Assembly (NCBI GenBank): GCA_032718475.1
Contig: JAUCBJ010008916.1
Coordinates: forward strand, 1 to 64,000
From: Nemertoderma westbladi
Lineage: Eukaryota; Animalia; Xenacoelomorpha
Length of the DNA stretch: 64,000 bases
Direction: 5' to 3'
In this document: in pieces, positions 12,301 through 24,900 of the stretch
Layout of the letters: each line of letters opens with the position of its first letter
How positions within the stretch are numbered: the first letter of the stretch is position 1
Made by a program: the position numbers and the translations under genes
Notes under the pieces: generated by a model
Database searches by the model: none
What the model saw: only the letters and a program-made list of their open reading frames with translations
Told to the model about the DNA's origin: nothing

Positions 12301-14756
12301 GAGTACCACTGTGTTACTGTTTCAACCATTGTCTGTCTAATGAAGAAAGCGAGCTTAGCATATGAGTACCACTGTGTTACTGTTTCAACCATTGTCTGTC
12401 TAATGAAGAAAGCGAGCTTAGCATACGGGTACCACTGTGTTACTGTTTCAACCATTGTCTGTCTAATGAAGAAAGCGAGCTTAGCATACGGGTACCACTG
12501 TGTTACTGTTTCAACCATTGTCTGTCTAATGAAGAAAGCGAGCTTAGCATACGGGTACCACTGTGTTACTGTTTCAACCATTGTCTGTCTAATGAAGAAA
12601 GCGAGCTTAGCATATGAGTACCACTGTGTTACTGTTTCAACCATTGTCTGTCTAATGAAGAAAGCGAGCTTAGCATACGGGTACCACTGTGTTACTGTTT
12701 CAACCATTGTATGTATAATGAAGAAAGCGAGCTTAGCATACGAGTACCACTGTGTTACTGTTTCAACCATTGTATGTATAATGAAGAAAGCGAGCTTAGC
12801 ATATGAGTACCACTGTGTTACTGTTTCAACCATTGTCTGTCTAATGAAGAAAGCGAGCTTAGCATACGGGTACCACTGTGTTACTGTTTCAACCATTGTA
12901 TGTATAATGAAGAAAGCGAGCTTAGCATACGGGTACCACTGTGTTACTGTTTCAACCATTGTATGTATAATGAAGAAAGCGAGCTTAGCATACGAGTACC
13001 ACTGTGTTACTGTTTCAACCATTGTATGTATAATGAAGAAAGCGAGCTTAGCATATGAGTACCACTGTGTTACTGTTTCAACCATTGTCTGTCTAATGAA
13101 GAAAGCGAGCTTAGCATACGGGTACCACTGTGTTACTGTTTCAACCATTGTCTGTCTAATGAAGAAAGCGAGCTTAGCATACGGGTACCACTGTGTTACT
13201 GTTTCAACCATTGTCTGTCTAATGAAGAAAGCGAGCTTAGCATATGAGTACCACTGTGTTACTGTTTCAACCATTGTCTGTCTAATGAAGAAAGCGAGCT
13301 TAGCATACGGGTACCACTGTGTTACTGTTTCAACCATTGTATGTATAATGAAGAAAGCGAGCTTAGCATATGAGTACCACTGTGTTACTGTTTCAACCAT
13401 TGTCTGTCTAATGAAGAAAGCGAGCTTAGCATATGAGTACCACTGTGTTACTGTTTCAACCATTGTATGTCTAATGAAGAAAGCGAGCTTAGCATATGAG
13501 TACCACTGTGTTACTGTTTCAACCATTGTATGTCTAATGAAGAAAGCGAGCTTAGCATATGAGTACCACTGTGTTACTGTTTCAACCATTGTATGTCTAA
13601 TGAAGAAAGCGAGCTTAGCATATGAGTACCACTGTGTTACTGTTTCAACCATTGTATGTCTAATGAAGAAAGCGAGCTTAGCATATGAGTACCACTGTGT
13701 TACTGTTTCAACCATTGTCTGTCTAATGAAGAAAGCGAGCTTAGCATATGAGTACCACTGTGTTACTGTTTCAACTATTGTCTGTCTAATGAAGAAAGCG
13801 AGCTTAGCATACGGGTACCACTGTGTTACTGTTTCAACCATTGTCTGTCTAATGAAGAAAGCGAGCTTAGCATACGGGTACCACTGTGTTACTGTTTCAA
13901 CCATTGTCTGTCAAATGAAGAAAGCGAGCTTAGCATACGGGTACCACTGTGTTACTGTTTCAACCATTGTCTGTCTAATGAAGAAAGCGAGCTTAGCATA
14001 TGAGTACCACTGTGTTACTGTTTCAACCATTGTCTGTCTAATGAAGAAAGCGAGCTTAGCATACGGGTACCACTGTGTTACTGTTTCAACCATTGTCTGT
14101 CTAATGAAGAAAGCGAGCTTAGCATATGAGTACCACTGTGTTACTGTTTCAACCATTGTCTGTCTAATGAAGAAAGCGAGCTTAGCATACGAGTACCACT
14201 GTGTTACTGTTTCAACCATTGTATGTCTAATGAAGAAAGCGAGCTTAGCATACGGGTACCACTGTGTTACTGTTTCAACCATTGTCTATCTAATAAAGAA
14301 TGCGAGCTTAGCATACGAGTACCACTGTGTTACTGTTTCAACCATTGTCTGTCTAATGAAGAAAGCGAGCTTAGCATACGAGTACCACTGTGTTACTGTT
14401 TCAACCATTGTATGTCTAATGAAGAAAGCGAGCTTAGCATACGAGTACCACTTTGTTACTGTTTCAACCATTGTCTGTCTAATGAAGAAAGCGAGCTTAG
14501 AATACGAGTACCACTGTGTTACTGTTTCAACCATTGTATGTCTAATGAAGAAAGCGAGCTTAGCATATGAGTACCACTGTGTTACTGTTTCAACCATTGT
14601 ATGTCTAATGAAGAAAGCGAGCTTAGCATACGAGTACCACTGTGTTACTCTTTCAACCATTGTATGTATAATGAAGAAAGCGAGCTTAGCATACGAGTAC
14701 CACTGTGTTACTGTTTCAACCATTGTATGTCTAATGAAGAAAGCGAGCTTAGCATA
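9378..14756. repeat. 63-bp minisatellite array, ~85 copies (5.4 kb)
   Basis: Unit AATGAAGAAAGCGAGCTTAGCATAYGRGTACCACTGTGTTACTGTTTCAACCATTGTMTGTMT; variation almost confined to four biallelic sites. Confidence 0.98.
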
Positions 14757-15440
14757 CCCTGACGGCTCGGTACCCTGACACTAACCTGGCTCGGTACCCT
14801 GACACCAACCCGGCTCGGTACCCTGACACCAACCCGGCTCGGTACCCCGACACCAACCCGGCCCGGTACCCTGACACCAACCCGGCTCGGTACCCCGACA
14901 CCAACCCGGCTCGGTACCCCGACACCAACCCGGCTCGGTACCCCGACACCAACCCGGCTCGGTACCCTGACACCAACCCGGCTCGGTACCCCGACACCAA
15001 CCCGGCTCGGTACCCCGACAACAACCCGGCTCGGTACCCTGACACCAACCCGGCTCGGTACCCCGACACCAACCCGGCTCGGTACCCCGACACCAACCCG
15101 GCTCGGTACCCCGACACCAACCCGGCTCGGTACCCCGACACCAACCCGGCTCGGTACCCCGACACCAACCCGGCTCGGTACCCCGACACCAACCCGGCTC
15201 GGTACCCCGACACCAACCCGGCTCGGTACCCCGACACCAACCCGGCTCGGTACCCCGACACCAACCCGGCTCGGTACCCCGACACCAACCCGGCTCGGTA
15301 CCCTGACACCAACCCGGCTCGGTACCCCGACACCAACCCGGCTCGGTACCCCGACACCAACCCGGCTCGGTACCCTGACACCAACCCGGCTCGGTACCCC
15401 GACACCAACCCGGCTCGGTACCCCGACACCATCCCGGCTC
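14757..15440. repeat. 24-bp GC-rich minisatellite, ~28 copies
   Basis: Unit CCYGACACCAACCCGGCTCGGTAC, directly abutting the 63-bp array. Confidence 0.97.
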
Positions 15441-15662
15441 AGTGCCATGAGGTACCTGAAGAGAAGGTTCTCCTTAAGTACAACAGACCAGTAGTAGATG
15501 CTTTTATTTCGTTACTGCGAGCTATAAATATATGAATAATAATAATCTTTAACATTTTTACAAAGAACCATTGAACCATATAATAACCATAACCAACCGT
15601 AATAACTAACATATCACTAAACTATTTCATTCAAGTGCGGAATAATTTTAATATGCATAATA

Positions 15663-18062
15663 TTGTCATTATGTTTTAATTATACTATTTTTAATAAAAC
15701 TAACGCCAGAGCACAAAGCGAAGCAGCGACAGAAGTATATAGAGATAAACCAAACTTAAAACATTTATTATGTAATTTCAACGCCAGTGCCACCCATATA
15801 GCACCTTTGTATGTACCATATAATTATAATTACCGTGCCTTACTTACGAATTGCCATGAACTTATTTACGCCATATTATTAATTCCGTTGTTCGCCAATA
15901 TTCATTTATTACTATTAAAGTGCAATTTACTATATAACAGGTTAGAGCGTCCCATACTGAGTTGCCAGCAAGGGGCTTGTTATATGTTTATGGCGGGTTT
16001 ATTTAGAATTGAAACTCGGCGCATATGTATATATCTTGTATATTTGATATTAATGTTTAACAAATATATTTTCTTATTACATTTACATTGTGTAAATGAG
16101 GTTTATGTAAACTTTGCTGTAAATATCCTAGCCAGTATCTATGGCAACTATATTCGCCCATTTTTGTCGCAAAAGAAAATAATATTATTAAAATCTAAGC
16201 CAAATCTTCTTCGAAAAACTAAATATAAACCAATTAGACTTTCATTGTTAATTCTTTTACAGATCTTAATACCGCAAGTATTCATCCTAAATCAAATTCA
16301 CTTTTTCCATACTATAATCACTGCCACTGCTGTATTAATAGATTTCCTACTCGCAATATGGCTTGTTACAAAACAATACGGTAAATTAGAATGTAGAAAA
16401 CCCACAGGTTTAGTAGGTTTAGTATGTTTAGTATTAACTATACAATTAGCGTCACAATTGTCGGTACATAACCGTTTTACTGTTACAGCACACGCCTACA
16501 ATATAAAAGTACTTAGTCCCAATAGACGTTACTCAGGTTCTTTACTTAGTCCACGCCTAACAGTCCCAAGAGTGCACCAAGTAACTCATATGCTCACACA
16601 ATTTTTTATAAGTTTAGGTATCAATATAATAGTTTACATATCAGGCAACATTTTAGCAAACATATTCGCCCAATGCAATGATATAGAAACTAACCCGGGA
16701 CCTAAAGGTACACAGCCAACTAAGACGAACAATCGACCTAATACACAATGTATAACAGTAACCGACTACATGACACAAAATCCTAACGGGGTAAATTTCA
16801 TTTTAATCAACACCCGCAGTTTAGTGAAAAATTATGAAGAATTAAAACAATTAATTATGTCTCTTAACCAGTACGCAATAATTGGAGTAACAGAAACATG
16901 GTTAAAGCGGAAACATAGTAAACAATCTATTTCAATACCTGGATATGTACATTACCGTAACGATAGGAGGAAAAGAAAGGGAGGGGGGGTTCTTATTTAT
17001 ATTCCAGAAAACTTGCCGCATAAAGTAAAGCAGGACATCCAAAATAAAAACTGCAAATCTGCATATGAGTCACTTTGGATAGAAATCGATACCAGTATTC
17101 TATTCGGCGTAGTATATCGACCCCCCAAAAATGTATCTTTTCTTGAAGATTTTCTTGAAGAAACGGAAAATGCACTGAACTACAATTATAGTAATACAAT
17201 CATAGCAGGTGACTTTAATTGTGATATGTTAGATAAAAATAATGTGAAAGTGAAGGAACTTGAAAACTATATGATTACTTATAATCTAGACCTACTTAAT
17301 GAACTTACCCCAACACGATATGGCAATGGGAAAAACAAAAACTCATTACTTGACTTATACCTCACTACCTCCCATAATAAATCCATTTATAATTCAATAA
17401 CAACACCGAGTGGCTTCTCTGACCACGATTATGTATTATTACATTGTGACACGAAGCTAAGCGCGACACCCACGTCCAAAAAAAGTAGCATAAGAATAAC
17501 ATACAGAGATTATAAACAGTTCTCAGAAAAAATGTTCTTGCAGGATATATCGCAAATAAATTGGGCCCCACTATACAATAACGCGGACATTGACAAATCA
17601 TATAATTACTTCGAACATGAAATTGAAAACGTACTAAACAGACATGCTCCTATAACAACAAAAACAATAACAGAAAACAGAACTAAGAACACTACAAACA
17701 AAAATGCATGGGAAACACAGGAACTAAAACAACTAAATAAACAAAAAATGGACTCACTATATATCTGGAGAACAACTAAAACTGATGATGATTATGCAAA
17801 CTTTAAGACGAATAGAAATAAATACAATAACTTAAATCGCACATTAAAAAATAATTATATGAAATCAAAATTTGCTGGGGCAAAAAATGCAAAATCACGC
17901 TGGAAAATAATTAACTCAATTTTAAATAAAAAAAGTACGAGCGATATGATTAATACAATAAAAACTAAAAATGGAAAAATTGAACACGGTTGCAAAATAA
18001 TAGCTAATATACTCAACTCTACATTTTTAACACTGGGACTACAGACTAGAAATATCACTTGA
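15663..18062 (+). mobile_element. CR1/L2-group LINE fragment: hydrophobic leader, 2A-like motif, APE endonuclease; truncated before RT
   Basis: APE motifs NTRSL, IGVTETWL, RNDR...GGGVLIY, VVYRPP, AGDFN, PTR, LDL, SDH, then a typical tether (RHAP...W...RNKYN...W..IN). DIETNPGP at 16680-16703. The ORF ends at TGA 18060-18062, where unrelated sequence starts. Confidence 0.88.
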
Positions 18063-18698
18063 ATAATAGCATTGGGGTAGGCAGGTCGCTTGGTTGGTTG
18101 GATTGGTGACAGCCGTGGTGGAGTTGGCAATCAATATAATATCTGCTGTAGTTGGTGGCCACGTTGTCAGCATATACAGTATACACTGGTTGGTTGCGTG
18201 AATAGGAAATAACTATGGAAATATTCGTATACGTGTAGCCGGAAACGTGGCGGAATTTCAACACGTATCCTACTGCAGGACTGGTAGGTTGCTTGGTTGA
18301 ATGGATTGGTGACAGCCGTCGAGGAGTAGCCGTGGTGAGTTGGTAATCGATTCGATATAATAGGGTAGTGTGGGGCTAGCCACGCGATGAGAGGTTACGT
18401 TACGCGAAGATGAATATGCTATGGTTGGTTGATGCAACGACGCGAACCAATACTGACGGGAGGTAACAGCTGTAGGAGTAAGGAGGGCATCGCGAGGTTA
18501 GGCTACGCGTAGGTGATACGCAGCGATTGGCTGAAGGTAAGAATACTGTTGGTGACAGATGGTCATTAAACACCACGATTTAGCACCGGAATTTGGCATT
18601 TTTAATAGCCCTCTGAGATCTGGCCCGTAGCCCAGGCTAGGGAGGAGTTAGCCGAGGGCTATGCTTCTCCTACTACTAATATGGCCAAGCATTGGCCA

Positions 18699-19608
18699 AG
18701 CTCGGCCAATGAGAGCTTTTCCTCTTTGTGTTGAAAGCTACCTGCAACAGCTCACAGGGTTCAGTGTGTTGGTTTTTCCAGAGCCTAAGAACATCGGCCA
18801 TGGAATTATTCTGAATTATTCCAACATTAGAACGATTTTAATTATAAGAACACATAACTGTTACCGCAGTGGACCGGCACGGTACGGTACGGTACGGGAC
18901 GGTACGGTACCTACTGCTGTATTGCACATTATTTACTGCTATTTACTGTTTGTTATTAATTGTATCAGTTGTTTACATATTGTTATTTGGAGAATAACGA
19001 TAAACGATCAGAAACCCCGATCTTCTTGATACACTAAGGTTAGAGAGACCGGTTACATATAGCAATTGCGACTTATATTATCGTGGTTTGTAGTGAATTG
19101 AATGCTATTTTATAGGCCCTACAAATGTCGGTTGCTATTCTCTTTATATATGATTAAAATCAGTGACTATCGGCAATTCAGTGTGCAGCGGTGTGCAATA
19201 GTCTGTATGTGCTTGTCCGCGTAACAAAGCATCTCCTAAAGAATGCGCCTTATGTGTAACTTATAATCCATTCCGTTGTGTTTAGTGTAAGCCATAGCTC
19301 TGTTTATATAGATAGAGCGCCACGTCCTAAAGGAACTGCTAATATTTCCCGAAAGTGAATGATATTTGTCAGGAATTATATTAACGATCAATCGAATAGT
19401 ACGGTAGGCCTGCACCGCAATCAAATTAAAGCATCCGAATCCAGTCTCCCGGGTATATCCAGCGGGTGAATGGTCGCGCATAGACTGGCTTCGGCTAATG
19501 TTGGATTTATTTGTGTCAAATACTTGTCATAGGCTAAAGTCGATTTATAACCTAGAAGATATATAGATTTGGCGGGTTAAACTGCCAAAGGTCTTAAAAG
19601 CGCGAACA
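18699..19608 (+). repeat. Element 1 5' LTR (portion shared with the 3' LTR)
   Basis: Near-identical to 33562-34453 apart from a few substitutions and one ~18-bp indel near 19105. Confidence 0.92.
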
Positions 19609-21977
19609 GTAACAGTTATATATTCTGATTGCAGTGTAGGCAATAAATACAGTTTACTATTGTTCTGGTAAGAACAATAACGGTTATTGCTTCTTTATTG
19701 CAGTAGGCAATAAAGCTGAAGTACCGGCCAACCGGTACCCAGTAGGCCTGACTACCTAACCACCCGGACCGGTACCTACAGCAGTACAGGTACAGCAGTA
19801 TTATTCGATTGTGATTACTATATACCGGTAGGTCTTAATAATTAATCGGGGACGCCTGGTTTTTATTGGGATTTTACTTAGGCCTATTTCTGTCAGTTTT
19901 ATTTATTTGTAGGCTAATATTGAGCAGAAGGTGTGTAAGCCTGCTCAGATTGTACAGATAATTTGTAGGCTGGACTGTTGTCTGACTGTTGTTAAGTCTG
20001 AAGGGACTGTAGTGTGTGTAGAGCGTATGTCCGAAAAAGTACTAGTTAGGAAAGTAGGGGCTGCCAGTGCTGTGAGGTGAACCCCCTCGAAAGAATAAGT
20101 CGTACTACTGGGTTAGAATGCATACTAACTAACCATTTCGGAGTCTGCATATACTGTAGTTTATTTAGGCTTGATAGTAGTCTGCCAGCGTTTGGTCTGT
20201 ACTTTGTTTGTGTAGTCTGCACGGGTAGCGTATTATTTCTTATCTAGATAATTTGTAGGCTGGATTTTGTCTGGCTGTTGTTAGGTCTGAAGAGATTTCG
20301 GTGTGTGTAGAGTGTATGTCCGATAAAGTGCCAGTTGGGAACATAGGGGCTTCTAGAGCTGTGAGGTAAACCCCCTCGAAAGAATAAATCGTACTACTGG
20401 GTTAGAACGCATACTAACTAACCATTTCGGAGTCTGCATATACCGTAGTTTGTTTAGGCTTGATAGTAGTCTGTCAGTATTTGGTCTGCATTTTGTTTGA
20501 GTAGTCTGTACGCGTAGCGTAATATTTATTATTCAGAGTTTATGCGATTATTCGCAACATTCATATCCCCAAGTTTATTCCTACAGTAATTGTGCTTGTT
20601 ATATATACCGTTATAGTTAAACTAACCCCGGTACTACATCAGGGCTGCTTGGCGTAGGTAAAGACTGGTGATTTTGTGCCCCGGTCACTCCAGCAGATAC
20701 CGTGGTTCTTTTGGCTGTTCAAGTATTTTTAACTACTGATTATTTGTTGTATAAGTACTTGTACCTAATTTAGGGTTTAGTGTACAGTGTTTTCCGATGG
20801 TGATTAGTGTGTAGGCAGTATATTTGTGTTGTAAAGTGGTTAATAGGCACGTTGGTTCTGGTAGACCGCGGTAATTAACTTCTAGGTAAGAACACTCCGT
20901 GATACATAACGTAGTACTTATAGCGATACGGCTATAAGTTGTCAGACGGTGGTATTTTCCTATCTGGACAACGCAGTATATTTACTACTACTTATTATTT
21001 CAAATACCGTAGTACCCTGTCCATTGTAATAACCAGATATTCTAACCCTTTGTTAGGCTGGTTTGTAGACTTCTTGTAAAATTACCCTAAAAATTCGTAC
21101 TAGTAAATTTTGTATTTATTTAGAGATTGTAATCTCACCCCGAATTGTACGTAATTTGTAGTATTAAGTAACTTAGGTAAATTAGAATTATTTGTTTTAG
21201 TGTCCAACAAGTAGCACTTCACTGAGAGCGCACAGCTTCTGTGTAGTGACTCCCCCCAGAAATAATAACATTTATTTCAAATATTGACAAAAACCCATTA
21301 AACGGGTATATATATATTATAAATCAACTCAAACGATTTATAAATAGTAGGCCTGCCATACAACAATTAGGTCTTAATCAGTTGGACCACTGCTTAAACA
21401 ACGGTAATAAAGTAAGCAAAGTAACCAAGTAACCCCTAAAATTTCAGAAATTCAATTATTCTAAAATAATTGACATACCGGTATTTACCATAGGCTTATT
21501 ATATTTATTTCTATAAATTTAGGCTGAAATCATACCGGTATTCTGTAATTAATTCTAGTTCATAATTATACTTATATATATACTATAAGTGTAAGCTGTA
21601 TACCGGTATTCACGATAGGCCTATTATATATTTATAAATTTAGGCTGAAATTATACCGGTATTCTGTAATTAATTCTAGTTCATAATTATACTTATATAT
21701 ACTATAAGTGTAAGCTGCATACCAGGATTCACGATAGGCCTATTATATATTTATATATATTTGTGCTGAAATTACCTACCGGTATTCTGTGACAAACCTA
21801 GTCTGTAATAATCCTTATATATACTATAAGCATACCGGTATTCTAATATATTATATATATATCACGCTACACTGAGTAGCAGTATCGGTAATTAATTACT
21901 AGGCTAACGGTGATACTGAATTTCTAGACTTGCTTAAACTGTAATATAGCAGTAGGCATTCAACTGTACAAACCAAC

Positions 21978-24900
21978 ATGTCTGACACAAAGCAAAACCT
22001 GTCAGACAGTCTCCTAGATACAACCATATGTGACCCAGACAGGAGTGTGGAACGTGTAGGACCGAAGTTCAACTCACCTCCTACTGTAAGAAAGATCATC
22101 CCTCCCGTAGTAATATCAGACCCTAGGCTAGTCCAACATCGTAGGTCTATCATAGGCACTCGAGCTCAGGTCAAGCGGGACCAAGAAGCAGCAGAACAGC
22201 AACTTCCCGCGAGCCGAGAACTTATTTCTCAGCGGCCCGACAGCTCCAGTAGTGCGGATACTGTAGAGCTGACACCCGAGCACGGAGCAAAGATGACAGA
22301 TGCGGTTTATTCGGATCCCCTTCTCATCCTTCCTGCAGCCGTACTCACGAGGTTATTGATTGCGGTGGAGGAACACCAGATTGATTGGGCGAGAAGTAAA
22401 CAATCGACCTAGGATAGTTATGCGGGATATACAAGGGAAGAACTGAAGTCTATTGTCGAGTCGCAATGGAACTTCCCCGGACCCAGACTCCCGTTTGACT
22501 TATCGGAAGCTGCCTGGGAAGATATACACAGGATGGGAGTGACAAAAGAAACCAGCGATCCAGCTGTATGGAAGAGGTCAGCAGCCGGATACGTACAGGG
22601 ATTCTTCAGCTCTATGGAGAGATTAGAGGAACAATTGTTTCGACAACCACAAGGACCTCAAGAGCAGGGAAAGCTGCTTTATCAAGTTAGAGAAAGAATT
22701 CTAAGAATCAGACTAATCTTATCTGCCTTTGAGGAGGCTTCCAAAAGAAGACAAGACACGTCGTTGCAAGTTGCCGTAAAGACTTGGTTTCAGCGGGTGA
22801 GCCTCCAAGTTCAAAGAACTACCCCGTGGAAATCTCAGTTGGATGAGCGCTCAACCCATGGAGAATCAACAGACGCTACCTTTTCCCAAGTGGAAAGCGA
22901 AGCGACAGCAGAGAAACCGCATAAGAGGGATGCCATTGACATCTATCTGTCAGACTATCAACGCTTTGTAGGGGACGAAGAATTGAGTAGATGGCTGGAT
23001 GGACTTAGCCCTAATAGTGAAGGAGCCAAGCTTGTGTTGGACGCAATCGATGCGGATAGGATAGCTGCGAACCAAGCTAAATTTGATGAAAGCATCCGCA
23101 TCGCTAAGGTTCAAGAAGAACAAGTAAAGAAAAAACGTATAGAAGACAGAAAGATAGCAGCAGCGGCAGCAGCAGTGGCAGAAGCAGAAAGAAAGGTGGC
23201 AGTGGCAGAGGCAGAAAGAAAAGCGGCCTTGGCAGCTACAGTGGCAGAAGCAGAAAGAAAAGCGGCTTTGGCAGCTGCAGTGGCAGAAGCAGAACGAAAG
23301 GCGTCTGAAGAGACTGCCCAACTAGAGTTGGAAAATCTTCAAGAGAGGCAAGACAACTTTAATAAACAGTTAACAGCTAGTAATATGCAGATGATGAATT
23401 GATCTACTCCCAAAAGACAAGGTTATACATCATCTGAGGAAGGCGGTACCACCGATCCTGAAGGCGGAGGAAATAGATCTCGTCTAAGTAGGCGTAGAAG
23501 AACATCTCACCGTCACAAATTGCCTGATTTGCCCCCAGCTGTTAGAAGGCAACTAACTAACACAGACTTAGGTAGTGCAGAACCCACAGACCAAATAATT
23601 AAAATAGAAAGACTCCCTACTATAGTAGATGAGCCTGAAATAATTAGGCCTGTTCTTGAAATCACCCCTTCGGTGATAGAGACACCTGTGCTCCCAGAAC
23701 CTACCTCTAAATTCCCTCTGCACAGCACTAAGCTACCTGTGCCCCACAGAACCACCCCTGAAAATGTTCATGTCCCTGACTCCGAGCGAAAAATTAATGA
23801 TTTGTCGCCCGTTGTCCCTCGTCCGCCCGCTACAACGTTGGCGGCTCCCGCTTCGGCGGTCGAGTGGGTGGATGAGAGACGGCGGGGGATGGATCTCCTG
23901 CTCGGGCAGATGCAGGAGACTGTTAAGCAGTTCAAGGGCACAGTAAGGGAAAGTAGGTTAGAGTTGCAAGAAGTGCAGCAAAGTATCGCATTAGAACGCG
24001 ATAAATTAGTAAATACACAAAAGGGTATACCACCACCCCCGGTAACAATGTGTCAACCTGTTAGGTCTGAAGTATCTCATGCGCAAGGTGTGGAGCCTAC
24101 ACGCATCTATACTGCTAGTGAAGTGGAAACTCCTATAGTAAACCCTATTAAGGGTAATTATAAACCCGTTGACAATGATATCCCATATAGACTTGATAAT
24201 AATCCGAGAAATTTATATACCGATAACTCGATATTAAATAACACGATGCACCAAGAAAGTTTTACGCGTCAAATGGCTAGAACCGAAGCCCGTCAAGCGG
24301 TAAAGGTGGGAGAGATCGTCAAGTTCAATGGAGATGAGATGAAATGGTTACCTTTTAATGAATATTACAAATATAACATACAGAACTCTGTGCTATCTAA
24401 TGGAGAGAAACTTAGATTCCTCATCGAGTGCTTGGAAGGATCTCCCAAGTTAATGGCGTTAAAGTTTATTGGACATCCAGACGGATTAAGGCAAGTTCGG
24501 GATACACTAAACATCAGGTATGGTAATAGGAATAATATAGCTAAATATTTGTAAGCAAAATTAGTAGCGCCCCGAAAGTTCATTAGCAGCGGGATAATAG
24601 AGTTTTCCGATGAGATTCAAGAGATCTGTAGACAATTAGATTGGTTAGGTAAGTCTCATGAATATCAGAGTTCTATGGTTATTGGAGCCGTGGCTTCTAC
24701 TTTACCGAAGGGTGGAGTAGGTACACGCTGGGATAAGAAAGTGTTATATATGATGGAACAACAACGACGAGACCCTACCATGGCTGATCTCATGTCATTC
24801 TTAGATGGAGAAGTGAAATTACAGCTCCTAAAGCAGTCCAGAGAGAAGACACCGGAAAACAAGGTAAGTGAGAAACCCGTTTCTAGGAGAAAGGTAACAC

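Noticed and set aside
9363-14778. 1803-aa and 1513-aa ORFs on opposite strands
   Set aside because: A by-product of a 63-bp (21-codon) unit lacking stops in two frames; no unique domain, and the boundaries coincide with the array.
14708-15448. VGVPSR and SGYRAGLV repeat ORFs
   Set aside because: Translations of the 24-bp minisatellite.
15450-15490. Hammerhead-like CTGAAGA plus hairpin
   Set aside because: No GAAA or stem III follows the hairpin.
18661-19481. Short ORFs inside the LTRs (also 33542-34326, 34883-35555, 45612-46284)
   Set aside because: They recur only because LTRs are duplicated; the frames are not conserved between the two subfamilies.
19570-19608. Twister-ribozyme-like string TAAACTGCC...GGTCTTAAAAGC at the LTR end
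   Set aside because: P2, P4 and pseudoknot partners cannot be formed; a simple hairpin explains the region.
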